Assembly (NCBI GenBank): GCA_965229335.1
Contig: OZ245874.1
Span: 5,860,736 to 5,924,735 of the forward strand
Reading direction: 5' to 3'
DNA length: 64,000 nucleotides
Source of the DNA: Ferrovibrionaceae bacterium
Lineage (GTDB): Bacteria > Pseudomonadota > Alphaproteobacteria > Ferrovibrionales > Ferrovibrionaceae
Part shown: piece by piece, positions 19,255 to 30,456 of the stretch
How positions within the stretch are numbered: position 1 is the stretch's first letter
Layout of the letters: each line of letters starts with the position of its first letter
The notes under the pieces: generated by a model
Told to the model about the DNA's origin: nothing
Databases searched by the model: none
What the model saw: the letters and a program-made list of their open reading frames with translations, nothing else
Made by a program: the position numbers and the translations under genes

Positions 19255-20636
19255 TCGGCCGCCGCCTGCGGCTGATGCCCCGCCTGGCGCTTGGCATCAC
19301 CATCATCATCGTCGCCACGCTGGTGCTGGACCTGACGCTCAGGCTGTTCATCACCTCGCCACCCGTCATGGTCTTCAGCCGCGACTGGCTGGCCGAGGCG
19401 ATCGTCCGCGCCGCCCGCACAGCCGATGCCGCGCCGCCCGACCGGCGTGGCGAGGCGCTGGCCGCCCTTGGCCTGGGCGAATTCCTGGACCTGGAGTTCG
19501 AGCCGGCGGCACCCGAAAGCTGGCATGCCGACCAGCCGGAAGCCTTCATCAAGCTGCAGGACGACGTGACGCGGCAGTTGGGCAACGGCGTCCGGGTCGA
19601 GGCGGTGGCATTCAGCACGCTGAGCCTGTGGAGCCGGTTTCGCCCCGCCGCGATCGTCCTGCCCGAACTGTCGGCCCGGCGGCTCGACATCGATACCGCC
19701 GACAGCATCATCATGGGCCGCCTGCGCATCAGTGTGCCTCTGACCGACGGCCAATGGCTGACGATGATCCCGGCGACCGGCCCGCATTTCCCGCTCCGTC
19801 CGATCCTGCTGACGGCGCTGGGGCTGGCCGCGATCTTCTGGCTGTCGATGCGGCTGGCCCGCGACCTGACCCGGCCGCTGATCCAACTGTCGGCCGCCGC
19901 GGAACGGCTGGGCCGGTCCCGCGAACCGACCGTCATTCCCGACATGACCCTGCCGGAATACGCCGCCATCGCCGCCTCGTTTAACGAGATGCAGCGGCGG
20001 ATCAAGCTGTTCATCGATGAACGTATGCAACTTCTTGGCGCGATCAGCCACGATCTGCGCACGCCGCTGACCCGGCTGCGCCTGGCCGCCGAATACCAGC
20101 CCGACCCGGCCTTGCGCCAGCAGATGCTGTCCGACATCGCCGACATGCAGACGATGGTCGCCTCAAGCCTCGCCTTTGCCGGCGACGACCTGGCCCGCGA
20201 GTCGCATGACGTGGTCGATATCGCATCCGCCCTGATCAGCCTGTGCGACCAGTCGAGCGACGCGGGCGGTGACGCCGTCTATGACGGGCCCGACCACGCC
20301 ACCCTGTCCTGCCAGCCGGTGGCGATGCGGCGCGCCTTTGCCAATCTGATCGACAATGGCTGCAAATACGGCCAGTCGGTGGCGGTACGGCTGCAGGACG
20401 CCCCGGACGCGATCACAGTCGAAATCCGCGACAAGGGGCCGGGAATCGCGGCCGCCGACATCGAACGCGCCTTTGCCCCCTTCCAGCGCCTGGATCCTTC
20501 GCGCAACCGCAAAACCGGCGGCACCGGGCTCGGCCTGACCATCGCCCGCGACGTCGTCCGCGGCCATGGCGGGGAAATCACGCTGGCCGGGGCCGGCCCT
20601 GTCGGGCTGCTGGTTACCGTGCGGCTGCCCAAGTAG
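19251..20636 (+). CDS. EnvZ-like sensor histidine kinase (2 TM, HAMP, HisKA, HATPase)
   Basis: ATG 19251 overlaps the regulator stop as ATGA. The H-box is [14 protein letters not shown], with N ([10 protein letters not shown]) and G ([11 protein letters not shown]) boxes. Confidence 0.9.
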   Translation: MIGRRLRLMPRLALGITIIIVATLVLDLTLRLFITSPPVMVFSRDWLAEAIVRAARTADAAPPDRRGEALAALGLGEFLDLEFEPAAPESWHADQPEAFIKLQDDVTRQLGNGVRVEAVAFSTLSLWSRFRPAAIVLPELSARRLDIDTADSIIMGRLRISVPLTDGQWLTMIPATGPHFPLRPILLTALGLAAIFWLSMRLARDLTRPLIQLSAAAERLGRSREPTVIPDMTLPEYAAIAASFNEMQRRIKLFIDERMQLLGAISHDLRTPLTRLRLAAEYQPDPALRQQMLSDIADMQTMVASSLAFAGDDLARESHDVVDIASALISLCDQSSDAGGDAVYDGPDHATLSCQPVAMRRAFANLIDNGCKYGQSVAVRLQDAPDAITVEIRDKGPGIAAADIERAFAPFQRLDPSRNRKTGGTGLGLTIARDVVRGHGGEITLAGAGPVGLLVTVRLPK

Positions 20637-20642
20637 CCCGGC

Positions 20643-20671
20643 TTGCATTCCCGCCCCGCCCCCGCTATAAG
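20643..20671 (+). promoter_or_regulatory. Sigma-70-like promoter upstream of rpmI-rplT: TTGCAT-17 nt-TATAAG
   Basis: The hexamers and 17-nt spacer were read directly, ~80 nt upstream of rpmI. Prediction from sequence only. Confidence 0.4.
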
Positions 20672-20752
20672 GCCGCTCTTCGACGGGTGGCCCGGCTCAT
20701 CATAGGGCATGCCGAGGCGGCCCGAGGTTCATCCTTTTTGAAAGGACAGGAA

Positions 20753-20953
20753 ATGCCCAAGCTGAAGACCAAGAGCGGCGCCAAGAAGCGCTTCTCCCTG
20801 ACTGCGACCGGCAAGGTCCGTCGCGCCAATGCCGGCAAGCGGCATGGCATGATCAAGCGCACCCCCAAGCAGATCCGCGATGGCCGCGGCACCGAAATCT
20901 GCTTCGAGGGTGATGCCGCGAAGATCAAGAAGTACTACCTGCCGAACGCTTGA
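20753..20953 (+). CDS. rpmI: 50S ribosomal protein L35
   Basis: [37 protein letters not shown]. The ATG is preceded by AGGACAGGA. Confidence 0.95.
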   Translation: MPKLKTKSGAKKRFSLTATGKVRRANAGKRHGMIKRTPKQIRDGRGTEICFEGDAAKIKKYYLPNA

Positions 20954-20965
20954 GGAGAATAAGCA

Positions 20966-21337
20966 ATGGCTCGCGTTAAGCGCGGCGTGACCAGCCACGC
21001 CCGTCACAAGAAGATCCTCAAGCTCGCCAAGGGCTATCGCGGTCGCGGTTCGACGAACTACCGCATTGCCCTGCAGAAGGTCGAGAAGGCGCTGCGTTAT
21101 GCCTATCGCGACCGGCGCGTCCGCAAGCGGACCTTCCGCTCGCTGTGGATCCAGCGCATCAATGCCGCCGTCCGCCAGGAATCGGCCAAGCTGACCTATG
21201 CGCGATTTATGAACGGCCTCAAGCTCGCCGGCGTCGAGGTCGATCGCAAGATTCTGGCGGACCTCGCCGTCCGTGAGCCGCAGGCCTTCCAGGCCCTGGT
21301 GGCGCAGGCGGAAGCCGCGATCGCCAAGGCCGCCTGA
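20966..21337 (+). CDS. rplT: 50S ribosomal protein L20
   Basis: [35 protein letters not shown]... is canonical L20. Confidence 0.95.
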   Translation: MARVKRGVTSHARHKKILKLAKGYRGRGSTNYRIALQKVEKALRYAYRDRRVRKRTFRSLWIQRINAAVRQESAKLTYARFMNGLKLAGVEVDRKILADLAVREPQAFQALVAQAEAAIAKAA

Positions 21338-21373
21338 ACCGCGGCCCCACCGGCTATATAGTCTTGCTGCCTG

Positions 21374-21407
21374 GGGGGCCGACTGCATGTTGGCCCCCTT
21401 AGCTTTT
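21374..21407 (+). terminator. Hairpin GGGGGCC-11 nt-GGCCCCC followed by a T-rich tract (terminator/attenuator between rplT and pheS)
   Basis: The 7-bp GC stem and the following TTAGCTTTTGTG were read directly. Confidence 0.5.
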
Positions 21408-21418
21408 GTGGATAACCG

Positions 21419-22498
21419 ATGACCGAGACGATCGAAGCTCTGGCCGCGAAACATCTCGCCGCCGTCGCCGAGGCCGGCACGCTCGACGCGCTCGAGGCCG
21501 TGCGCCTCGCCGCCCTGGGCAAGAAAGGCGATATCAGCGTCCGGATGAAGGAACTGGGCGGCCTGCCCCCCGAAGAGCGCCGCGCCGTCGCCGAACGCCT
21601 GAACCTCGCCAAGGACCAGCTGACCGAGGCGCTGGGCCAGCGCAAGGCGACATTGGCCGAAGCCGCGCTGAACGCCCGGCTCGCCGCCGAGACCCAGGAC
21701 CTGACCCTGCCTGCGCGCCCGGAAGCCGAGGGCCGCATCCACCCGGTCAGCCAGGTGATCGACGAGATCACCGAAATCTTCGGCGCGATGGGTTTCTCGA
21801 TCGCCGAGGGGCCGGACATCGAGGACGATTTCCACAACTTCACCGCGCTCAACATCCCGCCGGAGCATCCGGCGCGGCAGATGCAGGACACGTTCTACCT
21901 GGCGACGCCCGAAGGGCGCGAGCGGATGGTGCTGCGCACCCACACTTCGCCGGTGCAGATCCGGTCGATGATGTCGATGAAGCCGCCGCTGCGCCTGATC
22001 ATCCCGGGCCGCACCTACCGCTCCGACAGCGACATGACCCATACGCCGATGTTCCACCAGCTCGAAGGGCTGGTGATCGGGCGCGACATCCACATGGGCC
22101 ACCTGAAGGGCACGCTGACCGAATTCTGCAAGGCGTTCTTCGAGCTCGACCGCGTCGAGATGCGCTTCCGCCCCAGCTATTTCCCGTTCACCGAGCCGTC
22201 GGCCGAGGTCGACATCCGCTGCAGCCGCAAGGGCGGCGAGATCCGGATCGGCGAAGGCGACGACTGGCTGGAAATCCTCGGCTCGGGCATGGTCCATCCC
22301 AAGGTGCTGCAGAATTGCGGCCTCGATCCGAACGAGTGGCAGGGCTTCGCCTTCGGCATGGGCATCGACCGGATCGCGATGCTGAAATACGGCATCCCCG
22401 ACCTGCGCGCCTTCTTCGAGGCCGACCTGCGCTGGCTGAAGCATTACGGCTTCGCCGCCCTCGATCTGCCGACCCTGGGACAGGGGCTTTCGCGATGA
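21419..22498 (+). CDS. pheS: Phenylalanine--tRNA ligase alpha subunit
   Basis: 359 aa. It carries class II motifs ([33 protein letters not shown]). Confidence 0.95.
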   Translation: MTETIEALAAKHLAAVAEAGTLDALEAVRLAALGKKGDISVRMKELGGLPPEERRAVAERLNLAKDQLTEALGQRKATLAEAALNARLAAETQDLTLPARPEAEGRIHPVSQVIDEITEIFGAMGFSIAEGPDIEDDFHNFTALNIPPEHPARQMQDTFYLATPEGRERMVLRTHTSPVQIRSMMSMKPPLRLIIPGRTYRSDSDMTHTPMFHQLEGLVIGRDIHMGHLKGTLTEFCKAFFELDRVEMRFRPSYFPFTEPSAEVDIRCSRKGGEIRIGEGDDWLEILGSGMVHPKVLQNCGLDPNEWQGFAFGMGIDRIAMLKYGIPDLRAFFEADLRWLKHYGFAALDLPTLGQGLSR

Positions 22499-24894
22499 AA
22501 TTCACCGAATCCTGGCTGCGCGAGCATCTCGACACCGAGGCCGACCTCGCCACCATCTGCGCCAAGCTGACCGCCATCGGCCTCGAGGTCGAGGAAGTCC
22601 ACAACCCGGCCGCCGGGCTGGAAAACTTCGTCGTCGCCCGCGTGCTGACCGCCGAAAAGCACCCGAACGCCGACAAGCTGCGCGTCTGCACCGTCGATCC
22701 CGGCACCGGCCCGATCCAGGTGGTCTGCGGGGCGCCGAACGCACGCGCCGGCATGGTCGGCGTCTTCGCCCGCGACGGCCTGACCATCCCCGGCACCGGC
22801 CTGGTGCTGAAGCCGTCGACGATCCGCGGCGTCGCCTCGAACGGCATGCTGGTTTCCGAGCGCGAGATGGGGCTGTCGGACGAGCATGACGGCATCATCG
22901 ACCTGCCGGAAGCCGCCGCCGCCCATGTCGGCCGGCCGTTCGCCGAGGTCATGGGGCTGGCCGATCCGGTCGTCACCATCAAGCTGACGCCGAACCGCCC
23001 GGACTGCACCGGCATCCGCGGTATCGCCCGCGATCTCGCCGCCGCCCGCCTCGGCGCGCTGAAGCCGCTGAAGATCGAGCCGGTCGCCGGGCATTTCACC
23101 TCGTCGATCGGGGTTTCGATCGACGACTACGCCGCCTGCCCGCTGTTCATCGGCCGCGAGATCCGGGGCGTGAAGAACGGCCCCAGCCCGAAATGGCTGC
23201 AGGACCGGCTGAAGTCGATCGGGCTGCGCCCGATTTCGGCGCTGGTCGACATCACCAACTGGTTCACCCACGCGCTGGGCCGGCCGCTGCACGTGTTCGA
23301 CGCCGACAAGGTCCACGGCGCGCTGCATGTCCGCCTGGGCCGCGCCGGCGACGAATTGCTGGCGCTGGACGGCAAGACCTACCAGCTCGGCCCCGAGATG
23401 TGCGTCATCGCCGATGCCAATGGCCCCGAATCGATTGGCGGCATCATGGGCGGCGAACAGTCCGGCTGCACCGACGCCACCACGCGCGTGTTCCTCGAAG
23501 CCGCGCTGTTCGACCCGATCCGGACCGCGGCGACCGGCCGCAAGCTCGGCATCATCTCGGACGCGCGCTATCGCTTCGAGCGCGGCGTCGACCCCGAGTT
23601 CGTGCGCCCCGGCGCCGAGCTTGCCACCCGGATGATCCTCGAGCTGTGCGGCGGCGAGGCCAGCGAGCTGGTCGTCACCGGCGTCGCGCCGGACTGGCGC
23701 CGCCAGTACACCTTCCGGCCCGAGCGCGTCGCCGCGCTGGGCGGCGTGCCGGTGACCGCGGCCGAGGCCGAGGCCGCGCTGGAAGCGGTCGGCTGCGTCG
23801 TCGCGGCCGGAGGCGGCGTGTTCAGCGTCACCCCGCCGTCCTGGCGGCCCGACATCCACGGCGAGGCCGACCTGGTCGAGGAAGTGCTGCGCCTGAAGGG
23901 TTTCGACGCCATCCCGAGCGTACCGCTGCCGCAGGATCGCGCGGTGCCGGCACCGGGGGTCACCCCGATGCAGCGCCGCGTCCGCGTCATCCGCCGGGCG
24001 ATCGCCGCGCGCGGCCTGAACGAGGCGGTGACCTACTCGTTCATCCCGACGCCACATGCGCTGCTGTTCGGCGGCGGTGCCCCGGAAATGGCGGTGGCCA
24101 ACCCGATTTCCGCCGATCTCGACGCGATGCGCCCGTCGATCCTGCCGGCGCTGCTGGCCGCGTCGAAGCGCAATGCCGACCGCTCGATGCCCGATCACGG
24201 GCTGTTCGAGGTCGGGCCGCAATATCGCGACGACACGCCGACCGGCCAGGACATGGTCGCCGCCGGCATTCGTGCCGGCCAGACCGGCCCGCGCCACTGG
24301 TCGGCGCGGCCGCGCGGCGTCGATGCCTATGACGCCAAGGCCGACGCGCTGGCGGCGCTGGCCGCGGCCGGCGCCCCGGCCGAACAGCTGCTGGTGATGG
24401 ACGGCGCGCCGTCCTGGTACCATCCCGGCCGCTCGGCCACGCTGCGGCTGGGGCCCAAGCAGATCCTGGCCCATGTCGGCGAGTTGCATCCGCGCGTGTT
24501 GCAGGAATTCGACCTGCGCGGGCCGGTGGTCGCCTTCGAAATATTCCTGGAGCGGGTGCCGTTCCCGAAGAACCGGGCGGGACGGTCGAAGGGGCCGCTG
24601 GCCCTGAACGACCTGCCGGCGGTCGAGCGCGATTTCGCCTTCGTCGTCGACGACAAGGTCCAGGCCTTCGAGATCGTCAAGGCGGCGCGCGGCGCCGAGA
24701 AGGCCCTGATCACCCAGGTCTCGGTGTTCGACCAGTTCACCGGGGCGGCGATCGGCGAGGGCCGCAAGTCGGTGGCGATCTCGGTGCGGCTGGAGCCGAA
24801 GGAGAAGACCCTGACCGATCCCGAGATCGAGGCGGTGGCGGCGAAGGTGATCGCCGCGGTCGCCAAGGCAACCGGCGCGACGCTTCGGGGTTGA
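22495..24894 (+). CDS. pheT: Phenylalanine--tRNA ligase beta subunit
   Basis: ATG 22495 overlaps the pheS stop as [18 protein letters not shown]... is followed by the tRNA-binding, B3/4, B5 and FDX-ACB domains. Confidence 0.95.
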   Translation: MKFTESWLREHLDTEADLATICAKLTAIGLEVEEVHNPAAGLENFVVARVLTAEKHPNADKLRVCTVDPGTGPIQVVCGAPNARAGMVGVFARDGLTIPGTGLVLKPSTIRGVASNGMLVSEREMGLSDEHDGIIDLPEAAAAHVGRPFAEVMGLADPVVTIKLTPNRPDCTGIRGIARDLAAARLGALKPLKIEPVAGHFTSSIGVSIDDYAACPLFIGREIRGVKNGPSPKWLQDRLKSIGLRPISALVDITNWFTHALGRPLHVFDADKVHGALHVRLGRAGDELLALDGKTYQLGPEMCVIADANGPESIGGIMGGEQSGCTDATTRVFLEAALFDPIRTAATGRKLGIISDARYRFERGVDPEFVRPGAELATRMILELCGGEASELVVTGVAPDWRRQYTFRPERVAALGGVPVTAAEAEAALEAVGCVVAAGGGVFSVTPPSWRPDIHGEADLVEEVLRLKGFDAIPSVPLPQDRAVPAPGVTPMQRRVRVIRRAIAARGLNEAVTYSFIPTPHALLFGGGAPEMAVANPISADLDAMRPSILPALLAASKRNADRSMPDHGLFEVGPQYRDDTPTGQDMVAAGIRAGQTGPRHWSARPRGVDAYDAKADALAALAAAGAPAEQLLVMDGAPSWYHPGRSATLRLGPKQILAHVGELHPRVLQEFDLRGPVVAFEIFLERVPFPKNRAGRSKGPLALNDLPAVERDFAFVVDDKVQAFEIVKAARGAEKALITQVSVFDQFTGAAIGEGRKSVAISVRLEPKEKTLTDPEIEAVAAKVIAAVAKATGATLRG

Positions 24895-24901
24895 TCCGAC
24901 C

Positions 24902-26620
24902 GTGCTGATCCTTGGGCTTCATCCGGGCTATCACGACGGCTGCGCCGCCCTCTACGAGGACTACGACCTCCTCGCGGCGGTGGCGCAGGAACGGCTGACG
25001 CGCCGCAAGATCGACGGCGGCCGGGTGCCGACGGAAGCGATGGCGGAAGTCTTCCGCATCAGCGGCCGCAGCCCGGCCGAGGTCGGCGCGGTGGTGCTGG
25101 GGCGCGGGGTCTTCCCCTCGCGCTACTTCACCCACCTGACGCTCGGCCGCCAGCTCGAAAGCCTGGTCCGCCGCCGGCTGAACAAGGAAAAGCACAAATC
25201 GATGGAGCGCGAGGCGATGCGCGCCCTGCGCACCGACAGCGAGGGCATGTTCGACGCGCCCCGCTTCCTGCGCGACCACGGCCTGCCGGCCGGCGCCGCC
25301 GTGCGCTTCTTCAACCACCACTACGCCCATGCGCTGCCGACCCTGTTCCATACGGACTGGCCGGATGCGCTGCTCTATACCGCCGATGGCGGCGGCGACA
25401 ATGCCCAGTATTCCCACCGGCTGTTCCGCGACGGCCGGCTGACCGACCTGTTCGGCGGCGACAGCGACCTGCTCGGCCGCACCCGCATCGACAGCCTGGG
25501 GCTGGCCTACGGCTTCGCCACCCAGGCGCTGGGTTTCCAGATCAACAAGCACGAAGGCAAGCTGACCGGCCTTGCCGCCTACGGCCAGCCGCATCTGGCC
25601 GAGGCCCTGGCCCAGCGCTTCGCCATCGACGAGCTCGGCGTGATTTCGTCGGACTTCATCGACAACCGCGCGATGAAGACCTTCATCTTCGACTGGGCGC
25701 GCGACCAGAAGCGCGAGGATGTCGCCGCCTCGGTCCAGAAGGTGCTGGAGGACATGATCCTCGAATCGGTACGGCGCCTGCTCGCCCGCACCGGGGTGCG
25801 CCATCTGGGCCTGTCGGGCGGGGTGTTCGCCAACGTGCGGCTGAACCAGCGCCTGGCCGAGGAATTGCCGGTCGACGAGATCTTCGTCTACCCGGCGATG
25901 TCCGACCAGGGCCTGGCTGCCGGCGGCGTGCTGCAATACCTGCTGGAACGCGACGGGCTGGCGACCTGGCTGTCGCGCCGCTGGCGGCTCGACCATCTCT
26001 ATTACGGCGGGTCCTACGAGGATACGGCCGATACCGTGCTGGGCAGCGACCCGCGCTTCGTCAAGGTCGAGGGGGCGCCGGTCGCCACCGCCGCGCGGCT
26101 GATCCACGAGGGGCGGATCGTCGCGATCTTCGCCCGCGGCATGGAATACGGCCCCCGCGCGCTGGGCGCCCGCACGATCATGGCGGCACCGATCGACCCG
26201 ACGATCAACCAGACCCTGAACGACCGGCTGGAACGCTCGGAATTCATGCCGTTCGCGCCGGTGGTGCGCGAGGACGACGCCGAGGCGATCTTCGACCTGG
26301 GCCCGGTCAAGACCTATGCCGCCCGCTTCATGACCACGACCTGCCGGGTGCGCGATGCCTGGCGCGACCGCATCCCCGCCACCGTGCATGTCGACGGCAC
26401 GGCGCGGCCGCAGGTGATCCAGCGCGCGCCCAACCCGCTCTATTACGACATCGTCGGGGCCTATGCGGCCCTTTCCGGGATTCCGGTGCTGATCAACACC
26501 TCGTTCAACGTGCACGAGGAACCGATCATCAACACCCCGCAGGAATGCGCCCGCGCGCTCGGCGACGGCCGCGTCGACTATGTCGTCACCGAACAGGCGG
26601 TCTACGCCCGCGTCGTCTGA
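24902..26620 (+). CDS. Carbamoyltransferase (NodU/CmcH family)
   Basis: 572 aa with a GTG start. It has ILGLHPGYHDGCAALYEDYDLLAAVAQERLTRRK and the C-terminal VLINTSFNVHEEPII motif. Confidence 0.85.
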   Translation: MLILGLHPGYHDGCAALYEDYDLLAAVAQERLTRRKIDGGRVPTEAMAEVFRISGRSPAEVGAVVLGRGVFPSRYFTHLTLGRQLESLVRRRLNKEKHKSMEREAMRALRTDSEGMFDAPRFLRDHGLPAGAAVRFFNHHYAHALPTLFHTDWPDALLYTADGGGDNAQYSHRLFRDGRLTDLFGGDSDLLGRTRIDSLGLAYGFATQALGFQINKHEGKLTGLAAYGQPHLAEALAQRFAIDELGVISSDFIDNRAMKTFIFDWARDQKREDVAASVQKVLEDMILESVRRLLARTGVRHLGLSGGVFANVRLNQRLAEELPVDEIFVYPAMSDQGLAAGGVLQYLLERDGLATWLSRRWRLDHLYYGGSYEDTADTVLGSDPRFVKVEGAPVATAARLIHEGRIVAIFARGMEYGPRALGARTIMAAPIDPTINQTLNDRLERSEFMPFAPVVREDDAEAIFDLGPVKTYAARFMTTTCRVRDAWRDRIPATVHVDGTARPQVIQRAPNPLYYDIVGAYAALSGIPVLINTSFNVHEEPIINTPQECARALGDGRVDYVVTEQAVYARVV

Positions 26621-27838
26621 TCAGGGCTTCAGCAGGCTCGGCGCCGGCCGGCGGAACGACCGCCGGCCATTCTTGAACCCGGTCAGCGGCTGGGCGATCG
26701 TGGCCAGCGCGGTCGGCCCGTCGGGCGCGTCCAGTACCACCAGATCGGCCGGGTTGCCCGGGGCGATGCCGTAGTCGCGCAGGTTCATCAGCCGCGCCGG
26801 CGACGCGGTGACGAGATCGAGGCAGGCGGCGAACCCGTCCGGCCCGACCTGGGCGGCAGTGGCGTAGAGATTGGCCATGCGCAGCAACGAGCAGTCGCCG
26901 AACGGGGTGAACGGGTTCAGCACGTTGTTGGTGGCGATCGAGCAGGTGACGCCCTGCCCCGCCAGCAGATGGGCCGGGGCCAGGCCGCGCGGCACGTGAT
27001 GATCGTGCCCCCGCCCCATCAGGTAGAGGTCGGTCGCGGGCAGCACGGTCAGCGCCACGCCGGCGGCGGCAAGCTGCCGCGCGATCGCATCGCGCCGCGC
27101 CGCCGGCATCGCCGACAGCTTGGTGACGTGGCCGATCGCGACCCGCCCGCCCCAGCCATGGGCATCGGTCTGGCGCACGATCTCGGCCAGATGCGTCCAG
27201 GCGGGATCGAGGTCGAAATCGACATGGAAATCGAGATCGAGGTCGAAGCGCCGGGCCAGCGCGAACAGCCGCGCGATCTGCTCGTGCGGATCCGTGTCGG
27301 TATAGGGGCAGCCGCCCAGCGCGTCCGCCCCGGTCTCCAGCGCCTCGACCAGCAACGCCTCGGTGCCGGGATCGTTGGTCAGCCCCTCCTGGGGGAAGAC
27401 GCAGATCGACAGCTCGACGGCCCAGCCATAGTCGCGCTTCAGCCGGCGGATGGCCTCGAAGCTGCGCAAGGCCACCCGCGGATCGACCTCGACATGGGTG
27501 CGGATGCGCGTGGTGCCCTGGACGATCGCCTGTTCCAGCACCCGCGCGCCGCGGGCGTAGACGTCATCCTCGGTGAAATCGCGCTTGGCCGCCGAGACCG
27601 CGCGGATCGCCGCGGCCAGGTCGCCATGGCCGTGGCCGCAGCGATCGAGCAGGCAGGCCTTGTCGAGATGGAGATGGCTGTCGACGAAACCGGGCAGGAC
27701 CAGGCGGCCGGCCACGTCCTCGACCGCCGCGTCGAGGTCGGGCAACGGCTCGACCGCGACGATGCGGCCGCCGGCCACGCCGATATCGACCGGGTCGGGC
27801 CGGTCGGCAAGGCGGCAGCGGCGCAGGACGAGATCCAT
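26621..27838 (-). CDS. Amidohydrolase family protein (cytosine deaminase/AtzC-like)
   Basis: 405 aa. It has the PGFVDSHLHLDK metal-binding HxH motif. Its stop abuts the convergent carbamoyltransferase stop (TGATCA). Confidence 0.8.
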   Translation of the reverse strand: MDLVLRRCRLADRPDPVDIGVAGGRIVAVEPLPDLDAAVEDVAGRLVLPGFVDSHLHLDKACLLDRCGHGHGDLAAAIRAVSAAKRDFTEDDVYARGARVLEQAIVQGTTRIRTHVEVDPRVALRSFEAIRRLKRDYGWAVELSICVFPQEGLTNDPGTEALLVEALETGADALGGCPYTDTDPHEQIARLFALARRFDLDLDFHVDFDLDPAWTHLAEIVRQTDAHGWGGRVAIGHVTKLSAMPAARRDAIARQLAAAGVALTVLPATDLYLMGRGHDHHVPRGLAPAHLLAGQGVTCSIATNNVLNPFTPFGDCSLLRMANLYATAAQVGPDGFAACLDLVTASPARLMNLRDYGIAPGNPADLVVLDAPDGPTALATIAQPLTGFKNGRRSFRRPAPSLLKP

Positions 27839-27897
27839 GCGGCGATCCTAGCGCGGATCGGGTTAGCATGGGTATCCATTCAGCCCGGGAGCCCCCG

Positions 27898-28302
27898 ATG
27901 ACCGACGACCGGAGCCGGCGCGACGCCGAGACCGTCCGCGCCTATCTCGAAGCCACGATGGTGCCCGACCCCGATACGGCCGAGCGCTATATTGCGCCCG
28001 GCCTGCGCCTCACCTTCACCGGCGGGCGGAAATTCGGCCACCCGCGCGAGGCGACGGCGTTCAATGCCGCCCGCTACCAGTGGGTGAAGAAGAAGATGGA
28101 GCGGATGGACGTGGTGCCGGGGCCGGACCGGACCATCGTCTACAGCCTGGGCACGCTCTACGGCTGTTGGCCCGACGGCACGCCGTTCGAGGGCAACCGC
28201 TATGTCGACCGCTTCGTCGTCGAGAACGGCCTGATCGTCGAGACCGACGTGTGGAACGACAGCGCCGAACGGCTGCTGGAACGCCATGGCATCAAGGCCT
28301 GA
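27898..28302 (+). CDS. NTF2-like (SnoaL-like) small protein
   Basis: ATG 27898 follows GGGAG. It is ~134 aa with the pattern AETVRAYLEA ... RYVDRFVVENGLIVETDVWND, typical of SnoaL-like folds. Confidence 0.55.
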   Translation: MTDDRSRRDAETVRAYLEATMVPDPDTAERYIAPGLRLTFTGGRKFGHPREATAFNAARYQWVKKKMERMDVVPGPDRTIVYSLGTLYGCWPDGTPFEGNRYVDRFVVENGLIVETDVWNDSAERLLERHGIKA

Positions 28303-28305
28303 CGG

Positions 28306-29202
28306 TCACGGGGCCAGCAGGCCCGAGACCGTGCCGACCAGATGGCCCGCGTCGCGGCGGGCCTTGGCCGTATGGCCGGCCAGGCCATGGCCGACCGTCT
28401 TGCCGGCATAGCGCAGGCCCGCCGCCACCCCGTGAACCGCGGCGGCGGCCCAGCCGCCGTATTTGCGCTCGAACAGCACGCGCGAGCGGGCCATGTGCAG
28501 CGCCCGGAAGAACAGCCGGCCGGGATTGCGCGGCGCCGAGGCGCCGCCCAGGTGCAGGGCGGTGGCGCCGTCGACCAGGACGAGGCCGTGGCCGGCGGCA
28601 CGCAGCCGCAGGCAGAGGTCGTCATCCTCGTAGAACAGGAAGAAACGCTCGTCGAAGCCGCCGATCGCCTCCCACGCCGACCGGCGGACGACGAAGGCCG
28701 CGCCGGACAGGAAATCGGCGCAGAGATCGCCTTCCGGCACCTCCCTGCCCCGCCGGCCCAGGAGCCGGCGGGCGAACAGGGCCACGTCGTGCGACGGCTG
28801 GATGCGGCAGGAGGAATCGACCAGTTGCGGCGCGAACAGCGCGGCATCCGGATAGCGGTCGCTGGCGGCGATCAGGGCAGCGGCGGCCCCGGGTGCCAGC
28901 CGGCAGTCCGGGTTGATCACCAGCGCCAGTTCGCGCCGGGTCCGGGTCATGCCGAGATTGACGGCGCGGCCGAAGCCGAGATTTTCCGGATTGGCGACGA
29001 TCACCGCATCGGGCCGCAGCGCGCGGACCAGCGCCACGGTGCCGTCGCGCGAGGCGTTGTCGACAACGACGATGTCGGCGGCGACCGGCAGCGCGGCCAG
29101 GCAGCCGCCGATGACCGCCGCCGAATTATGGGTCACGACCACGATCGACAGGCGGCCGGCCGCCGATTTCTGATCGAGATGGGCCAGTATCGGTTGTGTC
29201 AT
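28306..29202 (-). CDS. Family 2 glycosyltransferase
   Basis: LSIVVVTHNSAAVIGGCLAAL...VVDNASRDGT...FYEDDDLCLRL carries the GT2 DxD/ED signatures. Start placed at the internal ATG 29202. Confidence 0.8.
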   Translation of the reverse strand: MTQPILAHLDQKSAAGRLSIVVVTHNSAAVIGGCLAALPVAADIVVVDNASRDGTVALVRALRPDAVIVANPENLGFGRAVNLGMTRTRRELALVINPDCRLAPGAAAALIAASDRYPDAALFAPQLVDSSCRIQPSHDVALFARRLLGRRGREVPEGDLCADFLSGAAFVVRRSAWEAIGGFDERFFLFYEDDDLCLRLRAAGHGLVLVDGATALHLGGASAPRNPGRLFFRALHMARSRVLFERKYGGWAAAAVHGVAAGLRYAGKTVGHGLAGHTAKARRDAGHLVGTVSGLLAP

Positions 29203-29335
29203 AGGGCAAATCCTTCGCGTTCGAGCCACCCCACCGGATGGTTAACGCGGCCTTCACCATAACCCTGCGCAAGATTTTCGGGGCGGCATCGGCTAGGGTG
29301 CCGGCCGGTTGCTTACCCCCGGAGACGCCTGAACG

Positions 29336-30388
29336 ATGCTCTACAATGTGCAGGCCGGACGCGCGCTGGCCGCCCTGATGGTCGTCTATCTGCATGTCAC
29401 CGCGATGATTTCCGAACGCTTCGGCGGCATGGACTGGTTCTATCCGGGGGCCGCCGGCGTCGACATCTTCTTTGCGATCTCGGGCTTCCTGATGGTGATG
29501 ACCACGGCCGGCCAGTGGGGCCAGCCCGGCGTCTGGCGCAGCTTCATCGTGCGCCGCATCATCCGCATCGTGCCGCTCTACTGGCTGATGACCGCGGCGA
29601 AGCTGGCCCAGATGCTGGTCATCCCCGCGCTGGCCCAGCGCTCGACCCTGGTCCCCTGGCACGTCGTCGCCTCCTTCCTGTTCATTCCCGCCTGGAATGC
29701 CGAGCATGAGGCCATTCCCCTGATACCGCTGGGCTGGACGCTGTCGTTCGAGATGCTGTTCTACGTGTTGTTCGCCGCGGCGCTGGCCCTGCGCCTGCGG
29801 CCGGTGCCCTGGCTGACCGCGGTGCTGGTGGCGGGCGCGGCCATCGGCCTGTTCCGCACCGACGGCTGGGGGGCCGAGGCCAGGCTGCTCGACCCGCTGC
29901 TGCTCGAATTCGTCTTCGGCATGGGCATCGCCATGGCCGCGCTGCGCGGCCGCTACCTGCCGGTACCGGTGGCGCTGGTCGGCGCGCCGGCGATGTTCCT
30001 GGTGCTGGTCGCGACCAACTGGCTCGACCCCGGCTGGGCCAACGGCCATCGCGCGCTGGTCTGGGGCGTGCCGGGGGCGATCCTGCTGGCCTGCCTCGTG
30101 GCGCTGGAGGGGCGGTGGCGGGGCCGGCTGTTCCGGCTTGCCTGTTTCCTGGGCGATGCCTCCTACGCGATCTACCTGGCCCATGGGTTCGTGCTGTCGA
30201 TCGTCGGCGTCCTGTTCACCCGGCTGTTCGGGCCGCGCTTCGACTGGTCGGGCTGGCTGTTGCTGCCGACCTTCGTGCTGGCGGTGGCGGGCGGCGTGAT
30301 CGTCCATCTGCTGATCGAGCGGCCGGTGACCGACTGGCTGCGCCGCCGCTGGCACGAACGGCGGCTGCGCCGGGCGGTATCGGCCTGA
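29336..30388 (+). CDS. Acyltransferase family 3 membrane protein (O-acyltransferase)
   Basis: 350 aa and polytopic. The N-terminal RALAALMVVYLHV and GVDIFFAISGFLM motifs are present. Confidence 0.8.
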   Translation: MLYNVQAGRALAALMVVYLHVTAMISERFGGMDWFYPGAAGVDIFFAISGFLMVMTTAGQWGQPGVWRSFIVRRIIRIVPLYWLMTAAKLAQMLVIPALAQRSTLVPWHVVASFLFIPAWNAEHEAIPLIPLGWTLSFEMLFYVLFAAALALRLRPVPWLTAVLVAGAAIGLFRTDGWGAEARLLDPLLLEFVFGMGIAMAALRGRYLPVPVALVGAPAMFLVLVATNWLDPGWANGHRALVWGVPGAILLACLVALEGRWRGRLFRLACFLGDASYAIYLAHGFVLSIVGVLFTRLFGPRFDWSGWLLLPTFVLAVAGGVIVHLLIERPVTDWLRRRWHERRLRRAVSA

Positions 30389-30456
30389 CGGCGCCAAGGC
30401 GGACGGAACCCCTTGGCATTGCCCGAACAGGGGGGCGATGCTAAAAGGCGGCCGAC

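Noticed and set aside
21338-21418. pheST leader peptide (Phe-rich attenuator as in E. coli pheM)
   Set aside because: No short Phe-rich ORF is present. Only a single hairpin with a T-rich tail is seen, which I annotated as a terminator/attenuator candidate.
20729-24489. Two long minus-strand ORFs (571 aa and 681 aa)
   Set aside because: They are antisense to rpmI-rplT-pheS-pheT. Shadow ORFs.
24737-26515. 592-aa minus-strand ORF
   Set aside because: It is antisense to the carbamoyltransferase gene, which has clear family motifs.
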